Assembly: GCA_964405015.1 (NCBI GenBank)
Contig: CAYOME010000003.1
Coordinates: 11,359-75,358 of the forward strand
Length of the DNA: 64,000 nucleotides
Reading direction: 5' to 3'
Origin: an uncultured Candidatus Saccharibacteria bacterium
GTDB lineage: Bacteria; Patescibacteriota; Dojkabacteria; SC72
The translations under genes and the position numbers were made by a program. Numbering within the stretch: the stretch's first letter is position 1; the number at the start of each line of letters is the position of its first letter. The notes below the pieces were generated by a model. It was not told the origin of the DNA. It saw only the letters and a list, made by a program, of their open reading frames with translations, and did not search any database. Below are positions 27,993 through 37,784 of this stretch, one piece after another.

Positions 27993-29155
27993 CTCAAAGG
28001 TCCTTGATCAGGTAATACATACTCCTTAACATTTTCAGGTGTAATGATAATAGGTACTGGATGACCTCCAATAATTTGTCTTGCAGCACTTCTCATTAAG
28101 GTTGCAATATTTCTTTCTAATTGACGAATACCTGCATCGAAACCAACAGGTCTTATTAATAATGGCCATACCTCATCTTGTATTTGAATATGTTGAGTAG
28201 TTAATCCCATATTCTTTAAAACCTTAGGAAGAATATATGATTTAGCAATAACACCCTTCTCTTCATCTGAGTAACTGGTAAACCTAATTATCTCCACCCT
28301 ATCTAGTAAAGCTGCTGAAAGACCACCTAAGTTGTTGGCGGTACATATGAAAAATACTTGAGAAAGATCTATTGGATGATCAACATAGTGATCTACAAAT
28401 GTAGCATTCTGTTCAGGATCCAATATCTCGAGTAATGCAGCCATAACATCATTAAGTAAACCTGCATTACCACTAGCCTTCTCTATCTCATCGATAAGGA
28501 TAACAGGATTCATTGTTTGAGTCCTTATCAATGCCTTTACAATCTGACCAGGTTCAGAATCTATTTCATGCCTAGGAGTACCTCTTAAAGTACGAACATC
28601 ACCGATAGCTCCTAAGGATACTCTTGCGAATTTTCTACCCATTGATTGAGCTATAGATTTAGCAATAGAGGTTTTACCCACACCTTGTAGACCTAAGAAA
28701 AGTAATACTGGAGCATTAGCTGAAGAACCTCTTAAGTTCGCCATATCCTGACCTTGAGTTTGTGTATTACTCTTACCTGTTAATTTCTGTAGTTGCATTA
28801 CTGCAAGGTAATCAAGTATGAGATTTTTAACAATATCCATACCGTAGTGAGTAGAATCCATCAACTGTTTTGCATTTGCAATATCCAAGTTATCCTCAGA
28901 TATTACTCCCCAAGGAATTCTAGTAACCCAATCTACAAACTTATCAACACTCTCAAATTCTGAGCTATAGTTTCCCCACTTAGCCATTCTTTCAAGTCTT
29001 TGAATAGTTCTAGTGACTTCTTCCTTTAATTCTATTGGTGCATGAGAAGAAGATACCTTGTTTTGTAATTCCACTATCTCAGAAAGAATAGTTTTTTCAT
29101 CCGTAGGGGTTGTATATGATTTGGCAGTATTTAAATCCATATCAAAATATATCAC
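27989..29155 (-). CDS. Lon-like AAA+ ATPase module (no LON N-domain, no protease domain)
   Basis: Aligns block by block with Lon residues about 250-620: IPWGVISEDNL...HYGMDIVKNLILDYLAV / Walker A LGLQGVGKTSIAKSIA / Walker B ILIDEIEKAS / LDRVEIIRFTSYSDEEKGVIAKSYILPKV. The ORF stops where the Lon protease domain would begin. Confidence 0.7.
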   Translation of the reverse strand: MIYFDMDLNTAKSYTTPTDEKTILSEIVELQNKVSSSHAPIELKEEVTRTIQRLERMAKWGNYSSEFESVDKFVDWVTRIPWGVISEDNLDIANAKQLMDSTHYGMDIVKNLILDYLAVMQLQKLTGKSNTQTQGQDMANLRGSSANAPVLLFLGLQGVGKTSIAKSIAQSMGRKFARVSLGAIGDVRTLRGTPRHEIDSEPGQIVKALIRTQTMNPVILIDEIEKASGNAGLLNDVMAALLEILDPEQNATFVDHYVDHPIDLSQVFFICTANNLGGLSAALLDRVEIIRFTSYSDEEKGVIAKSYILPKVLKNMGLTTQHIQIQDEVWPLLIRPVGFDAGIRQLERNIATLMRSAARQIIGGHPVPIIITPENVKEYVLPDQGPLS

Positions 29156-29176
29156 ATTACATTAAAAGATGCTTAC

Positions 29177-30466
29177 CTAATTAAGACCCCTAAGCACTGC
29201 TTGCTTAAGCATATTAGAAGCATATTTAATATCTTCACTGTTAGTATATACAGCTAGACTAAACCTTAGGCTTGGACCTACACAAAATTTATCATGTAAT
29301 GGTTCTGCACAATGATACCCTTCCCTAAATGCAATACCTTGTGAATTTAAGAATTCGGAAATACTCTTCCCATCCCTATTAGTTTCTACATTAAAGATGT
29401 TTTTACATCCTCTAAAAGTAAACCCTTCTAAATGAAAAGATATAGGGCCATATTTTAATTTACTATCTGTTGGTCCAAAAGATTTAAACCACTCTATTCC
29501 ATCAAAACTCTTAAAAAACTCTTCGGTTAGTGATTGCTCATACTCTTCTAACTTACTCCAACCGCCTACTTTCTCTAGAGTATTCTCAAACCATTCGATA
29601 GCAGAACCAAGTACAATACCTCCTCCAATATCAGGAGTACCTGCTTCAAATTTCCATGGTAATTCATTGTATTCAAAATCTTTAAAAGATACAGAGGAAA
29701 TCATTTCCCCTCCACCCATCCATGGAGTTAAATCCTCAAGATATTCCTGTTTGCAATATACAGCACCAGAACCTGTAGGTGCATATGCCTTATGTCCAGA
29801 AAACACCAATGAATCACAACCAATACTTTGGACATCTACTTTTGTATGTACAATACTCTGTGCTGCATCTAAGATTGTGAATGATTCATTCTTTTTCGCC
29901 AATTCAAATATTTCCTCTACTGGATTTTTTACACCTAAGACATTGGAGATATGGACTACAGAAACTATCTTAACCTTTTTACCTTCCTTTTTAAGTAATT
30001 CTTTGTACCAATCTAAATCTAAAGTGTAGTCCTCTTTTACAGGTATATATTCTATTCTGAAATTTATTTCTTTCTGTAATATCATCCAAGAAACAATATT
30101 ACTGTGATGCTCCATTTCTGTTATTACTACAATATCCCCATCCTTAAGTAATTTTCTTCCAAATGTTTGAACAAGAAAATTTAAACCTTCGGTAGTATTT
30201 CTTACAAAGAGAATCTCTTTATATGAGTTAGCATTGATGAAAGATGCAACCTTTTGATGTGCCCATATCCAAAGTTTAGTACCATTTACTGAAAGATCAT
30301 ATGGCCCTCGATGGATATTCGCATTCTCTTCTTCATAGTATTTCTTTAATCTATCGATTACATACAGAGGTTTTTGTGTAGTAGCTGCATTATCAAGATA
30401 TACAAGTCCCTTACTAAAGGGTGTCTTTTTTAATATTGGGAACTCTTTTCTAATATCTTGAAACAT
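29177..30466 (-). CDS. Cysteine desulfurase (class V aminotransferase, SufS/Csd-like)
   Basis: PLP-lysine motif SGHKAYAPTGSGAVY, N-terminal VYLDNAATTQKP and about 430 aa. Confidence 0.75.
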   Translation of the reverse strand: MFQDIRKEFPILKKTPFSKGLVYLDNAATTQKPLYVIDRLKKYYEEENANIHRGPYDLSVNGTKLWIWAHQKVASFINANSYKEILFVRNTTEGLNFLVQTFGRKLLKDGDIVVITEMEHHSNIVSWMILQKEINFRIEYIPVKEDYTLDLDWYKELLKKEGKKVKIVSVVHISNVLGVKNPVEEIFELAKKNESFTILDAAQSIVHTKVDVQSIGCDSLVFSGHKAYAPTGSGAVYCKQEYLEDLTPWMGGGEMISSVSFKDFEYNELPWKFEAGTPDIGGGIVLGSAIEWFENTLEKVGGWSKLEEYEQSLTEEFFKSFDGIEWFKSFGPTDSKLKYGPISFHLEGFTFRGCKNIFNVETNRDGKSISEFLNSQGIAFREGYHCAEPLHDKFCVGPSLRFSLAVYTNSEDIKYASNMLKQAVLRGLN

Positions 30467-30482
30467 ATGAATATATTAAAAA

Positions 30483-31043
30483 TTAAAAATTCTTCCACAT
30501 CTTACTAGCCTGTACAGTCATATCCCCCTTGTATTTACTGTTTAGACCAGTACTACCATATGGTTTCTCACATGGTTGATCCAATTCTTCAAAAGCCAAT
30601 TGAGCTATCTTCATACCTTCATATATACGAATTGAAAGAGGAGAAAGATTTGCTATTTCTAATGTCAATCTTAATTTGTTACCAGGATCTAAGAAACCTG
30701 CAGTAGCATGAATGATTAAACCCATTCTTGCTAAAGAACTCTTACCCTCTAATCTACCAACATGTTTTTCATCTACCCCTGTTATTTCTTTAATATTTGC
30801 TAATACAAACTCTCCAGGTTTAAGTGTATATCCCGTAATATCATTTATTTCTATCTTGACCATCAAATCTTCAACTGTTTTTTTAACATCAATAACCTCG
30901 TGCTTATCAGTATTAAATATTAATATATTTTTATCTAAATGAAGATCATATGAAGCAGGCTGTATATATTCTGAAGAGAAAGGTTCTATACTTATCTCCC
31001 CACTTTGTATTTTATCTTTAATACTTCTGTCTGAGAGTATCAT
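30483..31043 (-). CDS. dcd: dCTP deaminase
   Basis: MILSDRSIKDKIQSGEISIEPF N-terminus and size (186 aa) are typical of Dcd/dUTPase-fold dCTP deaminases. Confidence 0.8.
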   Translation of the reverse strand: MILSDRSIKDKIQSGEISIEPFSSEYIQPASYDLHLDKNILIFNTDKHEVIDVKKTVEDLMVKIEINDITGYTLKPGEFVLANIKEITGVDEKHVGRLEGKSSLARMGLIIHATAGFLDPGNKLRLTLEIANLSPLSIRIYEGMKIAQLAFEELDQPCEKPYGSTGLNSKYKGDMTVQASKMWKNF

Positions 31044-31062
31044 GTAAATTATTTATTTAATA

Positions 31063-32658
31063 TTAACTTCTATCAATGAACTGTTCCTTGGATTTAGGAT
31101 CAGGTCTTTGAGTACTACTTAGTAATGATTTCCATATTGGATCAAGCTCACTAAGTAATTCTAACCATTTATACACCAAAACTCTATATGCAATATGTCC
31201 ACCCCTTCTTACTCTTAAGTTTATTGTATATTGCAGATCATCAAAAGAACCATAGAAGATGTATTTAGTGGAATGTGCATGTGGTAGTAAATATTTAGTA
31301 TATTCCAAAGATACTTCTTCTGACATGAATTGTTTTGATACCCTTCTCCAATTCTTAATCATTTCATATGTAGAGGTAAGAGCTTTCTCATATTCCTTTC
31401 TTAGATTTTCCAAAGAAGGAATTTCTAGGTAGTTGCAGAGGAAGTAACAATCTTTACTTGCCCTATCCAATTCTTTATCTATATCCATACCATCATGAAA
31501 AAGTGGCATATATCTTTCTAAACTTCTATGCCTATTTAAATCCTTAAGAGTACCTAAGGTAGCCATACCCTCTATTCTAATAGCTCCGGACTGACCAAGA
31601 TTTCCTAAAAGATTGTGATGGTTATGATTCTCAAATATCTTTTCTCCCAATATTTCCTGATCTTGATCATCAAACTCTAATTCTTTTTTACTACCTAATG
31701 GATTAAGAAGAAGTTCGTAATTTGTAATTAGGTTCTCTATTGGATTCATATTGTAAGAAATCTTGCATGAGTCTTTCTCACATCCTAAATTTTTGTAATT
31801 GCCTTGATCAGATATATGGTCTTTGAGATATTGAAGTACGGCCTTTGTAGAATTCCTTCTACAACAATTTGCATCTGTATGTCTAATTAATCCATCTGCT
31901 TCTCTTGTATATCCAGGTATATCTAAATTTGATTCACCCAAAAGATTCATAAGGAGATTTGCTACTTCATTGTCTACAACACTGTCATTTGCATTAAAGT
32001 AGGATATTAATTCTGACCAATTTCTTGCAGACATTACAGCTGCTAGACTTGTTTGTAATCCATATGGTAGTAAATATCTAGCAACATCAAAGCTTCTAGA
32101 TTTCCAAGCAGATACCTCATTTTGGTTCTCTTCGTTTATCTTAAAAGTACTACTTAGAGCATCTTTTGTTTTCTTTAACAATGTTCTGTAATCAGACATC
32201 TGTTTAAGCATTATCCTATCGTATTCCTTACGTATTTCAGTATCCTTACATATCTCTTTCGGTATTTTAATAAATTCGGGATTCTCAAAATTCTGATATC
32301 TTGTAGATCTCTCTTGACCAGAGATAACGGAGTTTAGGTAAAAGATTTTCATAGCAGTAAACATTGGAACATTCTCAATACATACAAAAAGATCTGCCAT
32401 ATCTCCTACTGACTTATGACCATATCCATGGAATATCTTTTCTAACCTCTCTGCTGCATCAGTATTACTTTCTAATATCTCTTTTGCGATATCAGTAATA
32501 CTATCTGCAGATCTACTGTATCTTGCTCCTAAGTAAGCATTTATTGAAGGTTGTTTTGTTGAGGGATTCTGAAGAAGAGTATGTACCTTAAACTTGTTCC
32601 ACACTGACTGAGATTTTACAGAAGCTATCTGTAATTCTTTTCTGAATGTTCCCTTCAT
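31063..32658 (-). CDS. thyX: ThyX-like flavin-dependent thymidylate synthase, long form (531 aa)
   Basis: Blocks resembling ThyX motifs in order: HGYGHKSVGDMADLFVCIENVPMF, SARNWSELISYF, LNRHRSLERY. Much longer than canonical ThyX and the RHR-x7-S signature is imperfect. Sits between dcd and glyA-folD. Confidence 0.45.
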   Translation of the reverse strand: MKGTFRKELQIASVKSQSVWNKFKVHTLLQNPSTKQPSINAYLGARYSRSADSITDIAKEILESNTDAAERLEKIFHGYGHKSVGDMADLFVCIENVPMFTAMKIFYLNSVISGQERSTRYQNFENPEFIKIPKEICKDTEIRKEYDRIMLKQMSDYRTLLKKTKDALSSTFKINEENQNEVSAWKSRSFDVARYLLPYGLQTSLAAVMSARNWSELISYFNANDSVVDNEVANLLMNLLGESNLDIPGYTREADGLIRHTDANCCRRNSTKAVLQYLKDHISDQGNYKNLGCEKDSCKISYNMNPIENLITNYELLLNPLGSKKELEFDDQDQEILGEKIFENHNHHNLLGNLGQSGAIRIEGMATLGTLKDLNRHRSLERYMPLFHDGMDIDKELDRASKDCYFLCNYLEIPSLENLRKEYEKALTSTYEMIKNWRRVSKQFMSEEVSLEYTKYLLPHAHSTKYIFYGSFDDLQYTINLRVRRGGHIAYRVLVYKWLELLSELDPIWKSLLSSTQRPDPKSKEQFIDRS

Positions 32659-32676
32659 GTATTTTAGAATATGAAT

Positions 32677-33972
32677 TTATCTCTTTATTCCAGGGATTGG
32701 AAATTGTTTAGTCATTTCTACTACACTCTCTTTAAGATCTTCTAAGTTCTTCCTTCCATGTATTGCATCATTAATTACCTCTGCTACAAAATCCATATCT
32801 TTTTCTTTCATACCTCTAGTAGTAATCGCTGGAGTACCTATTCTAATACCTGATGGGTCCCATGGTTTTCTTTGATCATTAGGTACTGTATTTTTGTTTA
32901 CAGTAATATTTACCTTACCTAATATCTCTTCGGCCTGCTTACCAGTGATATTTTTGTTCTCTACATTAATCAATATTAAATGATTGTCTGATCCTCCTGT
33001 TACTAGGTTAAAGTCATAGCTAAGGAGTCTTTCTGCTAATCTTTTCGTGTTCTTTAATATCTGATTTGCATATTCTTTAAATTCAGGTTGCATTGCTTCA
33101 CCTAATGCGACTGCTACTGCTGCTGTTGTATGGTTGTGTGGGCCTCCCTGAAGTCCAGGAAACACTGCTCTGTCTATTAGTGTTGGTAGATTCTCTCTAG
33201 GATCTAAGCCTTCCCCTAATGGCTTGAGAGGATCTGATGGGTTACCATTGCAAAGTATCATTCCTGATCTTGGTCCTCTCAATGTCTTGTGAGTTGTAGT
33301 AGTTACTACATCTGCATACCCAACAGGAGAAGGTATTACCTTCGCAGCTATCAATCCACATTCATGAGCAATATCTGCAACAAAGTAAGCACCTACACTG
33401 TGAGCTATCACTGACAATCTCTTGTAATCATACAATCTTGGATATGCCGTTGCTCCACAAAACAGTAACTTAGGTTTTTCTTCTTTAACCTGTTTTTCTA
33501 AAGAATCATAGTCAAGGAAACCATCTACTCCTGTAACATACTGTACAGAGTTAAAATATTGACCAGTAATATTTACCTTCCATCCATGTGATAAATGACC
33601 ACCATACAAAAGGTTAAGTCCCATTACTTTGTCGCCTGGTTTAAGTAATGCGAAATATACTGCAAGATTTGCAGGACTACCTGAATATGGCTGTACATTT
33701 GCATGGTCTACTCCAAATATCTCCTTAGCTCTTTGTATTGCTAAATTCTCTATCTCATCAATATGCTCATTACCACCGTAATATCTTTTACCAACCATAC
33801 CTTCTGAATATTTGTTGGTTAATATACTTCCCATTGCACGAAGGACATCTTCACTAACATAGTTTTCAGAAGCTATTAACTCGATACCTTCTATCTGTCT
33901 TTTAGCCTCTTTCTCGATATATTTAAAGACTTCATCTTTAGTATTTTTTGACATTTCTTTCATATATCTCAA
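32677..33972 (-). CDS. glyA: Serine hydroxymethyltransferase
   Basis: IELIASENYVS, PLP-lysine block TTTTHKTLRGPRSGMI, 431 aa. Confidence 0.9.
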   Translation of the reverse strand: MRYMKEMSKNTKDEVFKYIEKEAKRQIEGIELIASENYVSEDVLRAMGSILTNKYSEGMVGKRYYGGNEHIDEIENLAIQRAKEIFGVDHANVQPYSGSPANLAVYFALLKPGDKVMGLNLLYGGHLSHGWKVNITGQYFNSVQYVTGVDGFLDYDSLEKQVKEEKPKLLFCGATAYPRLYDYKRLSVIAHSVGAYFVADIAHECGLIAAKVIPSPVGYADVVTTTTHKTLRGPRSGMILCNGNPSDPLKPLGEGLDPRENLPTLIDRAVFPGLQGGPHNHTTAAVAVALGEAMQPEFKEYANQILKNTKRLAERLLSYDFNLVTGGSDNHLILINVENKNITGKQAEEILGKVNITVNKNTVPNDQRKPWDPSGIRIGTPAITTRGMKEKDMDFVAEVINDAIHGRKNLEDLKESVVEMTKQFPIPGIKR

Positions 33973-34795
33973 ACAAATTAGTAAGAAGAGAAGCTATGGT
34001 CATTGGACCAACACCTCCAGGAACTGGAGTTAAAAAGGATGATACCTTCTGAGCGCTACTAAATTTTACATCCCCGACAAGTTTACCCTCTAAAGATTTG
34101 TTTGTACCGATATCTATTACAACTGCTCCCTCTTTTATGTAACTCTTATCTATATATTCAGCTTTACCAATGCCGACCACAAGGATATCTGCATCTTTAG
34201 ATATCTCTTTGAGATTTTTAGTATGTGAATGACATATTGTGACTGTACAATTAGCATTTTGAAGTAAACCAGCAGTAGGCAAACCAACAATATCACTCCT
34301 TCCAATTACTACCGCTCTCTTACCATCAAGATCTATTTTATATTCCTCTAAGAGAGAGATTACTCCTTTTGCAGTTGCTGGAGATAATGCAGTTGGGTCA
34401 TTTTTGAAAAGCTTACCTAGATTAGAAGAAGTAAGACCATCTACATCTTTTTTAGGATCAATATTCTCTAATATTTCATTTGTATCAAAACCTTTTGGTA
34501 ATGGTAGTTGAACCATCAATCCATCAACCCTACTATCTTTATTCAATTCCGATATCCGTGAGAGAATTTCCTGGGTATTAGTTTTCTCGTCATATTCATG
34601 TATTACAGTCTTTATACCTAATTCCAAAGCTTTCTTTTTTTTCATTTCTACATATTTCTGACTTCCGAAATCAGAACCTACAAGAATTATATCTAGCCTT
34701 GGTATCCTAGAACCTTTATCTATATATCCTGAAATTTTGTATCTCAGAGAATCTAAAATCTTTTGGGAAGTTACTTTACCATCTAGTAGAGTCAT
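33938..34795 (-). CDS. folD: Bifunctional methylene-THF dehydrogenase/methenyl-THF cyclohydrolase
   Basis: AVVIGRSDIVGLPTAGLL and PVPGGVGPMTIASLL motifs. Overlaps the glyA start by 35 nt. Confidence 0.85.
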   Translation of the reverse strand: MTLLDGKVTSQKILDSLRYKISGYIDKGSRIPRLDIILVGSDFGSQKYVEMKKKKALELGIKTVIHEYDEKTNTQEILSRISELNKDSRVDGLMVQLPLPKGFDTNEILENIDPKKDVDGLTSSNLGKLFKNDPTALSPATAKGVISLLEEYKIDLDGKRAVVIGRSDIVGLPTAGLLQNANCTVTICHSHTKNLKEISKDADILVVGIGKAEYIDKSYIKEGAVVIDIGTNKSLEGKLVGDVKFSSAQKVSSFLTPVPGGVGPMTIASLLTNLFEIYERNVKKY

Positions 34796-34860
34796 TTATT
34801 TACTCCTAACAAATATTCTTCCTAGATATTTTACAGGATATGGAAGAGATTTGCTAAATA

Positions 34861-36666
34861 TTACTGATTGTATTTTACCTGTTTGTAGAATTTACCCTTT
34901 TTGCTTAAAAGCTCTTTCCAATTACCAGCATCAACAATATGTCCGTTATCAAAGAAATATATCTTTTCGAATTTATCAAGCAAGTCAGTATCTCTTGTAA
35001 TTAATATTAAGGTTCTATCCTTACCTACAAACTTAAAGATTCCCTTAAGAATGAAATCTCTAGAAGGTGCATCTATGAATGTAAATGGTTCATCCATTAC
35101 AAATATATCCCTATTTCTGTACAACATTCTCGCAATTGCTAATCTTTGCCAATATCCAGGAGAAAGTTCTTTACCATCTAAATATTTACCTAACTTAAGG
35201 CTATCTGAGATATTTTCTTTCTTCATGAATTTGTCTATCTCACATATCCTTATCACTTTCCTATACAGTTCCATATCAATATCTTTCCTATGACCTGTTA
35301 GGGTAATATTTTCTCTAATACTGAAGTTGTAGTTTACAAAGTTTTGGAATGTAACAGCGATCTTCCTTTTTAGTTCACCCCTTCCTAGTTCCTTAATTGA
35401 ATATCCCCCTATTTGGAAATCTCCAGCAGTAATCTCATACAATCCAGAGAGTACCTTGAGTAAACTACTCTTTCCAGATCCATCTCCTCCAAAGAAGGCA
35501 ACTCTTTCTCCTGGTTTAATCTCAAAGTTAATATTTTCCAAAACCTTTCTCTCTGGTTCGTCTGGATATGCAAAATCTAAATTTTGAAACACCAAAGATG
35601 GTACAGATTTACCTAATTTCTTGAATCCATGGTTTTCATCACCGAATCCTTTGTAATTTACAAAATCGAAATATTTGGAAGCGTAGGATATGTATGCATC
35701 TAACAAAGAGAATGTATTAAACATATGGTAAGCACCTGAATATACAACATTTACATAGTTGAAGAGTGCACTAAATGTACCGATAGAGAGTCTCTGAGTT
35801 ATGGTATGCGCAAGTAAGTAAAGTACGTATCCATACTTAAGTAATTGACCAAATACAGCTCCAAGTGTTTGATCTATGGAAGCATGTTTTCTTCTTTCAA
35901 AAAGCCCCTTAAGATATCTATCCTTTTCAGTTTTGTATGTTCTCTTAAGGAAATCATATGTGTTGTCTACTCTAAGTTCCATGAAATTACGAATATCCAT
36001 GGAGAGGGTATTGTATATGTAATTTGTTAATTTAAGAGTATCCATCTGGTTATCCTCATACAGTTGTATCCTCTTCCTATTGAAATGGGAGAGTAATACC
36101 TCTGGTATTACAAAGATTAGTAATACAATTGTTACTAATCCTAATTCTGAAGAAAGTATTATGAATGCAGTAACAAATCTGGTAGTTTCATATACGATAT
36201 TTGAAAATGCTTGATATGACAGGAGTATATTGTTTATTGAATATGTTGGTATGTAATCAATGAGATTTTGTAATCTGGGTTGTTCAATATCTTGGAGATT
36301 TGAATTAGATATCTTACCCATTACTTCTAAGTTTGTATCTTTCCATACCTTGTCAGTAATGTTGTTACTAATATATTGCCTAATCATATTTCCCGAGCAG
36401 AGGAATATCCAAAGTAGTAATGATATTGCAAGGTAAAAGAAAGAGTCTGTAACAAAGTAATCGTTAATATTAAACCCTTGAGAGTTTTTTATTACTTCTA
36501 CAGTAGCATCTAGGAATTTACCTGCGACAGAGATACCTACCATCTCTGCTATGATGACTATTATGAATACAAAGTCTCTTAGTAGAACTTCTTTGGTATA
36601 TCTTGTATAGAAGAATTTGATTATTTCCCAAAGAGTACGTATTTTTTCTTGTATAATGGTGGACAT
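34861..36666 (-). CDS. ABC exporter, fused permease and ATP-binding domains
   Basis: Six TM helices followed by Walker A GGDGSGKSSLLK, signature LSPGYWQRLAIARML and Walker B IFVMDEP. Start trimmed to MSTIIQEK (36666) because the upstream ORF portion overlaps a divergent gene. Confidence 0.75.
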   Translation of the reverse strand: MSTIIQEKIRTLWEIIKFFYTRYTKEVLLRDFVFIIVIIAEMVGISVAGKFLDATVEVIKNSQGFNINDYFVTDSFFYLAISLLLWIFLCSGNMIRQYISNNITDKVWKDTNLEVMGKISNSNLQDIEQPRLQNLIDYIPTYSINNILLSYQAFSNIVYETTRFVTAFIILSSELGLVTIVLLIFVIPEVLLSHFNRKRIQLYEDNQMDTLKLTNYIYNTLSMDIRNFMELRVDNTYDFLKRTYKTEKDRYLKGLFERRKHASIDQTLGAVFGQLLKYGYVLYLLAHTITQRLSIGTFSALFNYVNVVYSGAYHMFNTFSLLDAYISYASKYFDFVNYKGFGDENHGFKKLGKSVPSLVFQNLDFAYPDEPERKVLENINFEIKPGERVAFFGGDGSGKSSLLKVLSGLYEITAGDFQIGGYSIKELGRGELKRKIAVTFQNFVNYNFSIRENITLTGHRKDIDMELYRKVIRICEIDKFMKKENISDSLKLGKYLDGKELSPGYWQRLAIARMLYRNRDIFVMDEPFTFIDAPSRDFILKGIFKFVGKDRTLILITRDTDLLDKFEKIYFFDNGHIVDAGNWKELLSKKGKFYKQVKYNQ

Positions 36667-36682
36667 ATTGGAATATAATAGC

Positions 36683-37138
36683 ATGAGAGACAATAAATAT
36701 TTAGAATTTTTACTATATGATATCTGGGAAAACCACTTCTGTGATGTCCCTAGATTAAATATCGTTGATATTAGATATGGGAAATATTCTAAAAGACAAT
36801 TAGGGTGTATACGAATGATTAAGGATAGGGAGATGTTTGAAAGATATGTAAAGAAAATGGATGTTGATATTAAGATGATAGAGGATCCATCGATTTCAAG
36901 AATTACTTTAACCAAATATTTTACAAAAGAGGATATTCCCGAATATGTAGTTAGATCAACGATCGTACATGAGCTTTGCCACTATACTCATGGTTTTAAT
37001 TCTCCTCTTAATCAAATATATTCGCATCCACACAGAGGTAATGTGATAAGGAAGGAATTTCAAAAAAGGGATCTAGACGAAATATATACTCTTTCGAAGA
37101 GATGGTTAAAGGAGAACTGGTTTAAAACCATTTCTTAA
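36683..37138 (+). CDS. HExxH zinc metallohydrolase (YgjP/DUF45-like)
   Basis: IVHELCHYTHGFNSP matches the HELCH...N[HS]S core of DUF45/M48-like hydrolases. Start set at MRDNKY (36683). Confidence 0.45.
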   Translation: MRDNKYLEFLLYDIWENHFCDVPRLNIVDIRYGKYSKRQLGCIRMIKDREMFERYVKKMDVDIKMIEDPSISRITLTKYFTKEDIPEYVVRSTIVHELCHYTHGFNSPLNQIYSHPHRGNVIRKEFQKRDLDEIYTLSKRWLKENWFKTIS

Positions 37139-37193
37139 AGAAGAATCTTCCTTCTATATTGAATACCATAATAATTGCCTACAATTCTTAAAT

Positions 37194-37736
37194 ATGAATC
37201 GCAATTATATAGGGGAAAATATTAGAAGATACAGAGAAAGAAGTAATTTAACACAACAACAATTAGCGGATAAGGTTGGTGTATCTTGGGAAATGGTTTC
37301 TAGATATGAAAGGTCTGCTAGTTCACCACTTAAGAAGTTAGAACAACTTGCAGACGCACTACAGGTATCTAAGTCTCAATTACTTGAAGAGCATATACCT
37401 GAAGGTGGTAATATTTCAGATATTAGAGTTCCATTGTTTACTAGTATTCCATCTCCTGCGAGGTTTAATTCTTCTCAAACAAACTATTACTACTCATGTC
37501 CTGAGTGGATTTCTAAACAATATTCTGAAATTATTGCAGTAGATAGCAAGCTTACACATACCAATATTCCTAATTTTCTCCTAAATGGTATTCTCTTTAT
37601 TTCAAGAGAAAGTACACCCAAACATGGTGATTTCTATATATCGAGAGGATATGAATCTTTAGAATTAAAAAGATATGAAGGTGAATCTACTGAGAATATA
37701 TTAGGTAAACTTGTTGCTCAGGAAGTTAAGTATTAA
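37194..37736 (+). CDS. XRE-family helix-turn-helix transcriptional regulator with about 100-aa C-terminal domain
   Basis: IGENIRRYRERSNLTQQQLADKVGVSWEMVSRYERSASSP is a canonical HTH_3 domain. Confidence 0.6.
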   Translation: MNRNYIGENIRRYRERSNLTQQQLADKVGVSWEMVSRYERSASSPLKKLEQLADALQVSKSQLLEEHIPEGGNISDIRVPLFTSIPSPARFNSSQTNYYYSCPEWISKQYSEIIAVDSKLTHTNIPNFLLNGILFISRESTPKHGDFYISRGYESLELKRYEGESTENILGKLVAQEVKY

Positions 37737-37740
37737 AGAA

Positions 37741-37760
37741 AAGACCCCGTACGGGGTCTT
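37741..37760. terminator. Bidirectional rho-independent terminator (regulator / groEL)
   Basis: Perfect palindrome AAGACCCCG-TAC-CGGGGTCTT flanked by A/T runs between convergent genes. Confidence 0.6.
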
Positions 37761-37784
37761 AACTTAAAGGATATGTAATATGTA

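Noticed and set aside
36617-36915. Extended 5' ends of the divergent ABC transporter and metallohydrolase ORFs overlapping by about 300 nt
   Set aside because: Both extensions encode hydrophobic, unconserved filler. Internal ATG codons (36666 on the minus strand, 36683 on the plus strand) give products that begin at conserved N-termini, so the long overlap is an ORF-calling artefact.
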